Positions 18,348 to 28,113 of a stretch of DNA of 64,000 nt are shown in pieces (position 1 is the stretch's first letter; each line of letters opens with the position of its first letter). The notes under the pieces are model-generated. The model had not been told where the DNA came from and made no database searches. It worked only from the letters and a program-made list of their open reading frames with translations. The stretch is from Gemmatimonadales bacterium (GTDB lineage Bacteria > Gemmatimonadota > Gemmatimonadetes > Gemmatimonadales > GWC2-71-9), in contig JANRIU010000064.1 in NCBI GenBank assembly GCA_033764615.1, positions 13,423 through 77,422 of the forward strand, read 5' to 3'. The position numbers and the translations under genes were made by a program.

Positions 18348-19478
18348 TCAGAACGCCTCGCCGAACGACACCTTCACCGCCCGCTCCCCGCGCCCGATGC
18401 CGACGTCGACGCGCAGGTTGGCGCCGACCTTGGGCAGGATGGCGAAGCGGATCCCCGCGCCGACGCTCGGTTGCCAGGGCCCCAGCGCCCCGAAGCGCGG
18501 CCCCACCGCCCCGCCCCCGCCGAAGACGACGGCGCCGAGCCGCCAGACGAGCCGCTGGCGCAGCTCCGCCTGCGCCGTGACGAGCACGCGATCGCGGAAG
18601 CGCCCGGGCACGTAGCCGCGCATGCTGCCGAAGCCGTCGACCATCGGCAGCTGGTCGAACGGCACGTCACCGTCCGCCTGGTCGGCGGTGGCGTGGAGGG
18701 CGAGCGTGGTGCTGCGGCGGAGGGGGACGTAGCCGCGCGCGTCGAGGCCGAGCCGCGTGAAGCCGAAGGACGAACCGATCGCCGGCTCCGCCCGCTGCAC
18801 CCGCGCCTGGACGAGCGCGCCGCGCGTGGGGCTGAAGCCGCTCTCGCGCGTGTCGAGCTTGGCGCCGAGGTCGAGCCCGACGATGGAGCCGCCCCGGCTG
18901 CCGCTCAGCGTACCGGGCGCCAGCGCGCCGCCGGCCTCCGTCCGCGCGATCACCTGGTCGACCACGCGCCATCCCGCCTGCAGGTAGAGCGCCGGCGCCA
19001 CCTTGCGCTGCAACAGCGCCGTGAACATGAGCCGCTGCGACGTGTACGTCTCGAGCGCTAGCGGCGAGGTCGCCGGGCCGATGCCGTAGAAGGGCATCGG
19101 GAAGAGCTGGTACTCGAGGCGCGCCGAGAGGCCGGCCTCGTTCCGGAACGACCAGAGGTCGGCCTCGAACGAGAGCTGCACCTGGTCCTTGGTGGTGTAG
19201 ATGAGCTGCGCCTGCTTCACCGAGGGGCGGGTGCCGGTGTCCGTGGTGCGCCGCCCCACCTCGAGCGTGGCGGCGCCGAAGGCGAGGCCGGTGAGCGGCC
19301 CGACGAAGACGACGGGGACCACCTGGAACGTCGTCCCCGTGTCGAGGCGGCTGGCGAGGATGGCGGCGTAGGCGCTGTCGATCGCCGCGCCCTCGTCCTG
19401 CTGGGCGGCCAGCGGCGCGGTCGCACCCGCGGCGAGCGCGAGCCCCGCGACGGCGGTACGCCAGCCCCGCCGGCTCAC
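18348..19478 (-). CDS. Omp85/BamA-TamA-like outer membrane barrel protein
   Basis: Signal peptide; MRGYVPGRFRD motif; C-terminal SFGEAF. Confidence 0.85.
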   Translation of the reverse strand: MSRRGWRTAVAGLALAAGATAPLAAQQDEGAAIDSAYAAILASRLDTGTTFQVVPVVFVGPLTGLAFGAATLEVGRRTTDTGTRPSVKQAQLIYTTKDQVQLSFEADLWSFRNEAGLSARLEYQLFPMPFYGIGPATSPLALETYTSQRLMFTALLQRKVAPALYLQAGWRVVDQVIARTEAGGALAPGTLSGSRGGSIVGLDLGAKLDTRESGFSPTRGALVQARVQRAEPAIGSSFGFTRLGLDARGYVPLRRSTTLALHATADQADGDVPFDQLPMVDGFGSMRGYVPGRFRDRVLVTAQAELRQRLVWRLGAVVFGGGGAVGPRFGALGPWQPSVGAGIRFAILPKVGANLRVDVGIGRGERAVKVSFGEAF

Positions 19479-20083
19479 AGCGCGAAGCCGAGCGTGATCG
19501 GCACGCTGTGCGCCGGCTCCTCGCCGAACAGGCCGCGCGGCACCCAGTGGTAGCGCAGCTCGAGCAGGAGCGTGACGGGCCCGGCCGGGATGCGGAGCGC
19601 GGTCCCCGCCTGGACGCTCGCACGCGTCTCCGGCTCGCTCCGCACCGGCAGCGGGCCCCCCTGCAGGCCGATCGTCGCGACGGTGAACGCGATCGCGGGG
19701 CCGGCGAAGACGGACCACTCCACGCCGCCCCGGCTGCGCCAGGGCGCCACGGTGCCGAGCAGCGCGAGGGACGACTGCTCGATGTCGCCGGTCAGGAGGT
19801 CGCCATCCACGGTGCGGAGGCCGGCGGGCGGGGTGCGGAAGCGCGTCAGCGCGCCCGAGAGGCGCGCGCCCAGCCGCCGGGCGCGGTCGGGGCGCCAGTC
19901 GAGACCGGCGGTGACGGCGAAGCCGCGACGCAGCCCCTCGAGGTCGCCGAGCGGGAGGCTGCTGCCCGCGCCCACGGCGAAGGAGAAGGCCGACGGCTCG
20001 AGCGATGCCACCTGCGCCGCCGCCGGCGACGCCGCGAGCAGGAGCGCCGCCGTCACGCCTCGGCGCGCGGCGCGGGGGCTCAC
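19475..20083 (-). CDS. Small outer-membrane beta-barrel protein
   Basis: GTG coupled to the TerC stop; signal peptide, amphipathic strands, ends ITLGFAL. Confidence 0.7.
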   Translation of the reverse strand: MSPRAARRGVTAALLLAASPAAAQVASLEPSAFSFAVGAGSSLPLGDLEGLRRGFAVTAGLDWRPDRARRLGARLSGALTRFRTPPAGLRTVDGDLLTGDIEQSSLALLGTVAPWRSRGGVEWSVFAGPAIAFTVATIGLQGGPLPVRSEPETRASVQAGTALRIPAGPVTLLLELRYHWVPRGLFGEEPAHSVPITLGFAL

Positions 20084-20811
20084 CCCGCGGAGGGCGGCGC
20101 GCTGACGCGCCGCACGCGCAGGTTCATCATCTCGACGGTGATGGAGAACGCCATCGCGGCGTACGTGTACCCCTTCGGGATGTGCACCCCGAACCCCTCC
20201 GCGAAGAGGTTCGTGCCGATCAGCACGAGGAACGCGAGCGCCAGCACCTTCACCGTCGGGTGCCGCTCGACGAACGCCGCGATCGGGCCGGACGACGCCA
20301 TCATCACGCCGATGGCGATCAGGTTGGCGGCGACCATGATCCAGATGTTGTCCACCATGCCGACCGCGGTGATCACCGAGTCGAGCGAGAAGATCACGTC
20401 GACGAGCATCACCTGGATGACGACCGCGCCGAGCGTGGCGGCGGCCGCGGCGTGCTGCTCGGCCGCGGGGTCGGGCCCCTCGAGCTTGTGGTGCAGCTCG
20501 CGCGTCGCCTTGAAGATGAGGAACAGCCCGCCGCCGGCGAGGATCAGGTCGCGCCCGGAGAACGGGTGGGCGAAGAGCGTGAAGAGCGGCGCGGTGAGCT
20601 TCACGAGCCACGCGATGGAGAAGAGCAGCGCGAGCCGGGAGACGATGGCGAGCGAGAGGCCGAGCTTGCGGCCGCGCTCCCGCTCCTCGGGCCGCAGGCG
20701 CGACGTCAGGATCGAGATGAAGACGATGTTGTCGATCCCGAGGACGATCTCGAGGCCGGAGAGCGTGAGGAGGCCGATCCACGTGTTCGGGTCGGCGAAC
20801 CAGGCGGGCAT
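20080..20811 (-). CDS. TerC-family membrane protein
   Basis: LEIVLGIDN, DVIFSLDSVITAVG, IPKGY. Confidence 0.93.
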   Translation of the reverse strand: MPAWFADPNTWIGLLTLSGLEIVLGIDNIVFISILTSRLRPEERERGRKLGLSLAIVSRLALLFSIAWLVKLTAPLFTLFAHPFSGRDLILAGGGLFLIFKATRELHHKLEGPDPAAEQHAAAAATLGAVVIQVMLVDVIFSLDSVITAVGMVDNIWIMVAANLIAIGVMMASSGPIAAFVERHPTVKVLALAFLVLIGTNLFAEGFGVHIPKGYTYAAMAFSITVEMMNLRVRRVSAPPSAG

Positions 20812-20897
20812 CGGGGCTCCCGGGCGCGGGGTGACCTACGCACGAAGGGCGCCGGCTCGGCCGGCGCCCTCGCTGCACTGCGGACCGCTCGGCACGC

Positions 20898-21167
20898 TCA
20901 GTTCGCGGCCGCGGCCTCCGGATAGACCGACACCTGGCGGCGGCCCTTGGCGCGCCACTCGAACTTCACGACACCGTCGATCGTCGCGAAGATCGTGTCG
21001 TCGGAGCCGATGCCGACGTTGCGGCCCGGGTGCACCTTCGTGCCGCGCTGGCGGATGATGATGTTCCCGGCGATCACCCGCTCGCCGCCGAACTTCTTCA
21101 CGCCGAGGAACTGCGGATTGGAGTCGCGCCCGTTCTTGGAGGAGCCGACGCCCTTCTTGTGAGCCAT
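20898..21167 (-). CDS. rpmA: 50S ribosomal protein L27
   Basis: [22 protein letters not shown]. Confidence 0.98.
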   Translation of the reverse strand: MAHKKGVGSSKNGRDSNPQFLGVKKFGGERVIAGNIIIRQRGTKVHPGRNVGIGSDDTIFATIDGVVKFEWRAKGRRQVSVYPEAAAAN

Positions 21168-21174
21168 GGTTGCC

Positions 21175-21492
21175 TCAGCCCAGGGTCAGGCCGGTGACCT
21201 TCACATCGGTGTACCTCTGCCGATGGCCGGTCTTGCGGCGGTAGTTCTTGCGACGCTTGAACTTGAAGATGTAGAGCTTCTCGCCCTTGGCCATGCCGAT
21301 CACCTCGGCCTCCACGGCGGCGCCCTGCACGAACGGCTGGCCGGCGCGGATCGTCTCGCCGTCCGACGACAGGAGGACCTGGTCGAACGTGAGCTTCTCG
21401 CCCGGCTGCTTGTCCATCAGCGGCAGGCGAAGGGTCTTCCCCGCCTCGGCGCGGAACTGCTTCCCCAGCGCCTGAAAAATCGCGTACGACAC
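21175..21492 (-). CDS. rplU: 50S ribosomal protein L21
   Basis: [21 protein letters not shown]. Confidence 0.97.
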   Translation of the reverse strand: MSYAIFQALGKQFRAEAGKTLRLPLMDKQPGEKLTFDQVLLSSDGETIRAGQPFVQGAAVEAEVIGMAKGEKLYIFKFKRRKNYRRKTGHRQRYTDVKVTGLTLG

Positions 21493-21577
21493 GTCAGTCG
21501 TCCCCTAAGTGTGCAGCGTAGCCTTCAAATATGGGGGCATGCTGGCCCGCTGGCAAGAGGAGCCAATGGGCAAGGTG

Positions 21578-21664
21578 GGCGGACGGGCGGAATGCTCCGT
21601 TGGCGAGCGAGCCGCGTGCGTCATGCCGTCTTGCAGAGACCGACCGCCCGACCGCTCGCCCGCC
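21578..21664. repeat. Degenerate octamer inverted-repeat element
   Basis: GGCGGACG-GGCGGA, then CGACCGCC-CGACCGCT-CGCCCGCC, between rplU and the RNase gene. Confidence 0.55.
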
Positions 21665-21665
21665 C

Positions 21666-23273
21666 CTAGGCCACCGCGTACAGCTCCGTCACGTCCCTCC
21701 CGGCCGGTTTCGACACCAGCCGGAACTCGTCCTGGCGCATGACGGGATCGTCCCGGAGCTCGAGCTCGAGGCCCGACTGCTTCTGCAGGGCCTGCAGGAG
21801 CTTCGGCTCCTGTTCGAGGAGGTACAGCGCCACCTCGGGATGCACGCGCACCGTCAGCACCCGGTCCCGCTGCTCCACGGCGGCGCGGCGCACCGAGCGT
21901 TCGAGGCGCCGCGCGATCACCTCGGGGGTGAAGATGCGGCCCGTGCCGCTGCACACGGGGCAGTCGGCGGTCTGGGAGTGCCAGAGCGACGGGCGGACGC
22001 GCTGGCGCGTCATCTCGACCAGGCCGAGGTCGCTCACGGCGAGCGCCTTGGTGCGCGCGCGGTCGCGGCCGAGGTGCGTGCGCAGCTCCTGCAGCACCTT
22101 GTCGCGGTTCGCCTTCGTCTCCATGTCGATGAAGTCGCAGACGATGATGCCGCCGATGTCGCGCAGGCGCAGCTGGCGGGCGATCTCGCGCGCCGCCTCG
22201 AGGTTGGTGCGGAGGATCGTCTTCTCGGGGTCCTTCTTCCCCGTGAAGCGGCCCGTGTTCACGTCCACCGAGACGAGCGCCTCGGTCGGCTGGACGATGA
22301 TGTAGCCGCCGGTCGGCAGGTCGACGCGCGCCTTGAAGAGGTCGCGGATCTCCTGCTCGATGTCGAACTTGTCGAAGAGCGGCGGGTTCCCCTCGTACAG
22401 GTGCACGCGCGCCATGAGCTCGGGGTCGATGCCGGCGAGGTACTGCTCGACCTCGTGGTGCAGCTCCTTCGAGTCGACGTGGAGCGCGTCCACCTTGGCG
22501 CTGAAGAGGTCGCGGATGATGCCGCGCGTGAGGCTCGTCTCGCGCTCCAGCAGCGCGGGGGCGCGCTTCACGAAGGTCTTCTTCTTGTTGATCCGCTTCC
22601 AGCGCTGGAGGAGCGTGTCGATCTCGCGGCGGAAGTGCTCCTCCGTCACGCCCTCGGCGACGGTGCGGACGATCATCCCGCCCGCGCCCTCCGGCAGCAG
22701 CTTCCCCACCATGTCGCGCAGCTTCTGGCGCTGCTCGCGGCTCTCGATCTTGCGGCTCACGCCGACCTTCGACGCGAACGGCATGTACACGAGGAACCGG
22801 CCGGGGAGCGAGATCTGCGCGGTGACGCGGCACCCCTTGGTGCTGATCGGCTCCTTCGTGACCTGGACGGGGATGACCTGCCCCTTCCTGAGGACGTCCT
22901 GCACGTTGGGGAGCGCGCGGCGCGACCGGCCGCCACGGCGGCCGCCACCCTGGGGCTTCCCCTCGCCGCCCGCCTCCGCGCCCTCGTCGGCGTCGCCCTC
23001 GCCCGCCTCCTCCTCGTCGCCGGCGTCGGGTTCGTCGTCGTCCTCGGGCTCGAGCAGGTCGGAGGCGTGGAGGAAGGCGGACTTCTCGAGGCCGATGTCG
23101 ACGAAGGCCGCCTGGATGCCGGGCAGCACGGCATCCACGCGGCCGAGGTAGATGTCGCCGACGGAGCGGCGGTGGTCGGGCCGGTCGACGAGGAGCTCGA
23201 CCAGGCGGTCGTCCTCGAGGATCGCCACGCGCGTCTCGCGTGGCGTCCCGTTGATGAGGATCTCGCGCTTCAC
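21666..23273 (-). CDS. Rne/Rng-family ribonuclease (RNase G-length)
   Basis: S1 domain, VQVTKEP, DVNTG, GGIIVCDFIDM, CPVCSGTG Zn-link. Confidence 0.95.
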   Translation of the reverse strand: MKREILINGTPRETRVAILEDDRLVELLVDRPDHRRSVGDIYLGRVDAVLPGIQAAFVDIGLEKSAFLHASDLLEPEDDDEPDAGDEEEAGEGDADEGAEAGGEGKPQGGGRRGGRSRRALPNVQDVLRKGQVIPVQVTKEPISTKGCRVTAQISLPGRFLVYMPFASKVGVSRKIESREQRQKLRDMVGKLLPEGAGGMIVRTVAEGVTEEHFRREIDTLLQRWKRINKKKTFVKRAPALLERETSLTRGIIRDLFSAKVDALHVDSKELHHEVEQYLAGIDPELMARVHLYEGNPPLFDKFDIEQEIRDLFKARVDLPTGGYIIVQPTEALVSVDVNTGRFTGKKDPEKTILRTNLEAAREIARQLRLRDIGGIIVCDFIDMETKANRDKVLQELRTHLGRDRARTKALAVSDLGLVEMTRQRVRPSLWHSQTADCPVCSGTGRIFTPEVIARRLERSVRRAAVEQRDRVLTVRVHPEVALYLLEQEPKLLQALQKQSGLELELRDDPVMRQDEFRLVSKPAGRDVTELYAVA

Positions 23274-23283
23274 CGTGGGGAGG

Positions 23284-24504
23284 TCAGTCGCTGGCCAGGC
23301 CGCCCAGGATCTGACGCGCGATGAGCATCCGCTGGATCTCGCTGGTGCCTTCCCCGATCTCGCAGACCTTCGCGTCGCGCATCATCTTCTCGACGGGTGC
23401 CTCGCGCGTGTAGCCGAGCCCGCCGAACACCTGGACCGCCTGGGTCGTGGCCCGCATCGCCAGCTCCGAACAGAAGAGCTTGGCCATGGAGGCCTCGAGC
23501 TTGTAAGGGTGGCCATTCGCCTTCAGCCACGCCGCGTGATAGAGGAGGTGCTGGCCCGCCTGGATCTCCATCGCGAGATCCGCGAGCTTGAAGCTGACCC
23601 CCTGGTAGCTGCCGATCGGCCGGCCGAACTGGCGCCGGTCCTTCGCCCGCTGGCGCGCCGCCTCGTACGCGCCCTCGGCGATGCCGAGGGAGACGGCGGC
23701 GATGCCGATGCGCCCGCCGTCGAGCAGGCGCAGGAAGTTCGCGTAGCCGCGGCCCGGCTCGCCGAGGACCTGCTCCTTCGGGACGATGGCGTCCTCGAAG
23801 AGCAGCTCGCCCCAGTTCACCGCGCGCCAGCCCATCTTCTCCCACGTCCGCCCCACGCGGAACCCCTTCGTGCGCGGGATGGACGGGTCGTGCCCGATGC
23901 CGACGCGACGACAGGCGTCGGGATCGATCGTGTCCTTCGCCAGGATGAAGCTGGTGATCCCCTGCCCCCGCGGCCCCGCCTCCGTCCGCGCGGTGGCGAT
24001 GACGAACTCCGCCACGCCGCCGTGGGTGATGAAGATCTTTCGGCCGTTGAGGACGTAGTGGTCGCCCCGGTCGACCGCGGTGGTCTGCGTGCCGCCCGCA
24101 TCCGACCCGGCCTCCTCCTCGGTGAGCCCGAAGGCGGCGAGGATGCGCCCGCTCGCGAGCTTCGCGAACCAGGTCTCCTTCTGCCAGTCGGTGCCGAAGT
24201 GATGGAGGGAGGTGGTGCCGAGGTTGGTCTGGACGGAGATGATGACCGCGTGGCCCGCGCACGCCTTCGCCACCTCGTGCAGGGTGACGTAGTAGTGCAT
24301 CTCGTCGAGCCCTCCGCCGCCCGCCTCCCGGGGCCACATGATGCCGAGCCAGCCGCGCTCGGCCATGCGCTTCACGTTCTCCCAGGGATAGGCCTGCGTC
24401 CGGTCCAGCTCCCCGGCGACGGGGACGATGAACTCGCGGGTGAAGGACGCGACCTCTTCGCGATGCGCCTCATGCGCATCGGTCAGGTACGGGTTGCGCT
24501 GCAT
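23284..24504 (-). CDS. Acyl-CoA dehydrogenase
   Basis: FGLTEEEAGSD, LNGRKIFIT, RQFGRPI, EIGEGTSEIQR; ATG 24504 has TATATT 6 nt upstream. Confidence 0.93.
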   Translation of the reverse strand: MQRNPYLTDAHEAHREEVASFTREFIVPVAGELDRTQAYPWENVKRMAERGWLGIMWPREAGGGGLDEMHYYVTLHEVAKACAGHAVIISVQTNLGTTSLHHFGTDWQKETWFAKLASGRILAAFGLTEEEAGSDAGGTQTTAVDRGDHYVLNGRKIFITHGGVAEFVIATARTEAGPRGQGITSFILAKDTIDPDACRRVGIGHDPSIPRTKGFRVGRTWEKMGWRAVNWGELLFEDAIVPKEQVLGEPGRGYANFLRLLDGGRIGIAAVSLGIAEGAYEAARQRAKDRRQFGRPIGSYQGVSFKLADLAMEIQAGQHLLYHAAWLKANGHPYKLEASMAKLFCSELAMRATTQAVQVFGGLGYTREAPVEKMMRDAKVCEIGEGTSEIQRMLIARQILGGLASD

Positions 24505-25721
24505 GCCCGCAATATAGCCCGCCACCACGCCGAACGTTCCCCTCGGGATGCGTCGCAACCGTCACAGCCACTGCAGGTTGCGAGCTGCTCGCCGAAGTGG
24601 GCCACGAGGGCGCGCCGGCGGCAGCCGGCTCGGGCGTACGTGGCGACGGCGCGCGACCAGTCCCGGGCGTCGGCCGGCGCGGCGAGGGCAAGGCAGCGGC
24701 CGGGCCCCCCGTCGCGGCCGGCGCGCCCGGCCTCCTGGTAGTACGACTCGAGCGTGGGGGGCAGCGCCCAGTGCACCACCAGCCGCACGTCGGGCCGGTC
24801 GATCCCCATGCCGAAGGCGCAGGTCGCCACCACGAGCGGACGCTCGCCCTCGAGGAAGCGCCCGAGCACGCGGGCGCGGAGGTCGGGCGGCAGTCCCGCA
24901 TGGTACGCCTCCGCCGGGAGACCGCGCTGGCGCAGGCTGGTGCGCAGCCCCTCCACGAGGCCGCGCGTCGGCGCGTAGACGAGGCGCGCCCCGGGCGCCT
25001 CCCCGACGAGGGCGTGCACGCGCGCGAGGCGCGCGCCGAGGCCGCCCGCCCGCTCGACACCGAACCACAGGTTCGGCCGGTCGAACGAGCGGCGCACCGT
25101 CGCGAGGCCGCCCGCGCGGCGGGCCGCGTCGGTGGCGCCGAGCGCGAGCGTGGCGACGATGTCGGCCGCGACCCGCGGCGTGGCGGATCCGGTGAGCGCG
25201 AGGCACGGCGGTGCGCCGATCAGCTGCCGCACCGCGCCGAGCTCGCGGTAGCTCGGCCGGAAGTCGTGGCCCCACTCGCTGATGCAGTGCGCCTCGTCCA
25301 CGGCGAGCAGCGCGGGCGGCCCCGCCAGCGCGCGGAGCGCCGCCGCATGCCGTTCGAGCCCCTCCGGGCTCGCGTAGAGGAGCCGCACCATGCCGCGCGC
25401 GAGCTCGCCGCGGATGGCGCGCCGCTCCTCCGGCGTGAGCTGGCTCGTGAGCGCGGCTGCGGCGATGCCGCGCCGCCGCGCGGCGGCCACCTGGTCGGCC
25501 ATGAGCGCGAGCAGCGGCGAGACGACGAGCGTCCATCCGCCGAGCGCGAGCGCGGGCACCTGGAAGCAGGCGGACTTGCCCGCACCCGTCGGGAGGATCG
25601 CGAGCGTGTCGCGCCGCGCAAGCACGTGCGCCACCACCTCGCGCTGCGCAGGACGGAAGGCGGCGTGGCCGAAATGGCGCAGGAGCAGCGCCTCCGCGTC
25701 GGCGAGGTTCGGAGCGGACAT
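24483..25721 (-). CDS. recQ: RecQ-family helicase, short form
   Basis: PTGAGKS, DEAHCISEWGHDFRP, YYQEAGRAGRDG, CRR...CSGCDGC; no winged-helix/HRDC region. Confidence 0.9.
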   Translation of the reverse strand: MSAPNLADAEALLLRHFGHAAFRPAQREVVAHVLARRDTLAILPTGAGKSACFQVPALALGGWTLVVSPLLALMADQVAAARRRGIAAAALTSQLTPEERRAIRGELARGMVRLLYASPEGLERHAAALRALAGPPALLAVDEAHCISEWGHDFRPSYRELGAVRQLIGAPPCLALTGSATPRVAADIVATLALGATDAARRAGGLATVRRSFDRPNLWFGVERAGGLGARLARVHALVGEAPGARLVYAPTRGLVEGLRTSLRQRGLPAEAYHAGLPPDLRARVLGRFLEGERPLVVATCAFGMGIDRPDVRLVVHWALPPTLESYYQEAGRAGRDGGPGRCLALAAPADARDWSRAVATYARAGCRRRALVAHFGEQLATCSGCDGCDASRGERSAWWRAILRACSATRT

Positions 25722-25784
25722 GCGACACGATCGCCACGGGTGACCGGAAACACGTCATCCTTTTCGTGGCACCAGCGTGACGAA

Positions 25785-25814
25785 TTGACACGTTCGTGCG
25801 CCCCGCGCTATCGT
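25785..25814 (+). promoter_or_regulatory. Sigma70-like promoter of the FkbM gene
   Basis: TTGACA-N18-TATCGT upstream of a GGAGG RBS and ATG 25838. Confidence 0.55.
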
Positions 25815-25837
25815 GGCGATGGCCCCGGAGGTGCCCA

Positions 25838-26815
25838 ATGCCGCACGCGCTGTTCGATCGACTTCCGCCACCAGACGAGCTGCACGAGGCGCCTCCCGCG
25901 CCGACGGTCGGCGCCCTCGCGACCGGCTGGGTCGCGATGAGTGCGCCCGCCGCCCGATGGTGCCTGCATCACCTGCCCCCACCACTCGACCGGCTCGCGT
26001 GGCGCGTGCTCCATCGGCTGCACGCGCGGCACGGTGTGCGGCTGGAGGCGACCGCGACGTGGGGTGGTCGGTTCCGCTGCGACCTGCGCGACCTCGTCGA
26101 TTCGCGGATCTACTACGCGGGCGTGTGGGAGCCGAGCGTCACGGCACTACTCACGCAGCTGCTGCGGCCCGGCGATGTCTTCATCGACATCGGCGCGAAC
26201 ATCGGCTACGACAGCGTGCTCGCGGCGCGCCTGGTGGGGCCGTCGGGCCGGGTCGTGGCGATCGAGCCGTCGCCGTCGCTGCTGGGGCGGCTGCGGGAGC
26301 ACCTCGCGCTCAACGACGTGCGGAACGCGCGCGTGCTGGCGGCGGCCGTGACGGCCGTGCCGTGCGACGTGGCGCTCTACCTCGGCCCTCCCACCAACCG
26401 TGCGGCCACCTCGATCATCCCGCGCAGCGGCCACGCGCTCGAGGCGACGGTGCCGGGCCGGCCGCTCGCGGTGCTGGTGCACCCGGCGGAGCTGGCGCGC
26501 GCGCGCGTGATCAAGCTCGACGTGGAGGGGGCGGAGGCGCCGATCCTGCGACAGCTGCTGACGCTGCTGCCGCGCCTCCCGCGCGACGTGGAGATCGTGG
26601 CGGAGGTCACGCCGAGCCGCTTCCCGGAGTTCGGGGAGGACGCCGAGACGATCTTCGCGGCGTTCCGCGCGGCGGGGTTCGGCTGGGCGCTCCTGCACAA
26701 CGTCTACGACGCGAGCACGCTCCGGGCCCCCGAGATCCATCCGCCCGTGCCGGTGTCGACGGTGCCGGACGAGAGCTGCGACCTGGTGCTCGCCCGCCGC
26801 TTCGCGCCGCCCTGA
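25838..26815 (+). CDS. FkbM-family methyltransferase
   Basis: FIDIGANIG, AIEP, IKLDVEGAE. Confidence 0.9.
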   Translation: MPHALFDRLPPPDELHEAPPAPTVGALATGWVAMSAPAARWCLHHLPPPLDRLAWRVLHRLHARHGVRLEATATWGGRFRCDLRDLVDSRIYYAGVWEPSVTALLTQLLRPGDVFIDIGANIGYDSVLAARLVGPSGRVVAIEPSPSLLGRLREHLALNDVRNARVLAAAVTAVPCDVALYLGPPTNRAATSIIPRSGHALEATVPGRPLAVLVHPAELARARVIKLDVEGAEAPILRQLLTLLPRLPRDVEIVAEVTPSRFPEFGEDAETIFAAFRAAGFGWALLHNVYDASTLRAPEIHPPVPVSTVPDESCDLVLARRFAPP

Positions 26816-26827
26816 GGCGCGCCGCCC

Positions 26828-27364
26828 TCAGAAGAAGAGGCGGAGGCCCGCGACGACGGGGGCGAACGTGGTGGTGTGGCCGGTGCCGCGCACCACGTGC
26901 AGGCGAGCGGACGCGAAGGCACCGAGCGCACCGAGCAGCGCGTCGACACCGACGCCGGCGCTCGCGCCCACCTGCCAGCTCGTGGTCGTGTCCACCGGGG
27001 CCGGCGCGCCGCTCAGCGGGCCGAGGCGGTAGAGCCCGGCGCCCAGCAGCAGCACCGGGCGGAGCGCGGCACGCCGGGTCTCGCTGCCGCCGATGACGAG
27101 GCTCAGGCCGCCCCAGACGACGCGGCGCGCCGTGTCACCGGCCGCCGCCGGGAGCGACGTGGTGCCGCCGTCGAGCATCACGTCCAGCGGACTGCGGACG
27201 AGCGGCTGCCGCAGGCCGAGCACGAGGGCCGTGCCGGCGGTGGCGCCGGTGGCGCCGTGCGGGGCGATGCCCGCGCCGAGGAGCACCTGCGGCTCCTCCT
27301 GTGCGCGGAGGGCGGCGGGCGTCGCGAGACAGGCGAGGACCAGCGCGAGGCGGCGGCGCATCAT
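26828..27364 (-). CDS. Exported outer-membrane beta-barrel-like protein
   Basis: Signal peptide; terminal GLRLFF; coupled to the upstream gene. Confidence 0.65.
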   Translation of the reverse strand: MMRRRLALVLACLATPAALRAQEEPQVLLGAGIAPHGATGATAGTALVLGLRQPLVRSPLDVMLDGGTTSLPAAAGDTARRVVWGGLSLVIGGSETRRAALRPVLLLGAGLYRLGPLSGAPAPVDTTTSWQVGASAGVGVDALLGALGAFASARLHVVRGTGHTTTFAPVVAGLRLFF

Positions 27365-28113
27365 CGGTCGAGGAACTGGCGGAGTGCGGCGCGGAAGTCG
27401 GGCGTGGCGCGCGCCGCCGCGTTCACCCGCGCACCGAGGGCGATGCCCTGCTCGAGGTCGAGGCCATCGAGGTCGTGCACGAGGCGCTTGAGGAAGCGCT
27501 GGGCCGAGCGGCTCGTCGCGGCCAGCTCGGCGACCGCCGCGTCGGCCGCGGCATCGAAGCCGTCGGCGGGGAGCACGCGCGTCACGAGGCCGAGCGCGCG
27601 CGCCTCGTCGGCGCCGATGACGCGTCCCGTGGCGGCGAGGTCGTACGCGGCGCGCGGCCCGACGAGCCGCCGCAGCTGCGCCATCACCATCGCCGGCACG
27701 AAGCCGCGCAGCACCTCGGGATAGCCGAACCGCGCGTCGTCGCGGGCGAGCACCAGGTCGCACGCGGCGGCGAGGCCGCACCCCCCGGCGAGCGCCCGCC
27801 CGTGCACGACCGCCACCACCGGAGCGGGACAGCTGCCCAGCGCGAGGAAGAGCCGGCCCAGGCGGAGCGCCTCCGCCTCGTTCTCCTCCGGCGTCCGGTC
27901 GGCCGACGCCAGCAGCTCCTCGAGGTCGGCACCGGCGCAGAAATCCTTCCCCGCGCCGCGCAGCACCACGACGGCGATCGCGTCATCCACCTCGGCCAGG
28001 GCCGCGTGCAGCTCCGCGATGAGCGCCTGCGAGAGCGCGTTGCGCTTCTCGGCCCGGTCGAGCGTGAGCGTGAGCACCGCGCCCTCGCGCTGGCGGCGGA
28101 GCGGCGCCGTCAC
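27361..28113 (-). CDS. Enoyl-CoA hydratase/isomerase family protein
   Basis: RNAL, FCAGADL, ALAGGCGL, FGYPE. Confidence 0.9.
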   Translation of the reverse strand: MTAPLRRQREGAVLTLTLDRAEKRNALSQALIAELHAALAEVDDAIAVVVLRGAGKDFCAGADLEELLASADRTPEENEAEALRLGRLFLALGSCPAPVVAVVHGRALAGGCGLAAACDLVLARDDARFGYPEVLRGFVPAMVMAQLRRLVGPRAAYDLAATGRVIGADEARALGLVTRVLPADGFDAAADAAVAELAATSRSAQRFLKRLVHDLDGLDLEQGIALGARVNAAARATPDFRAALRQFLDR

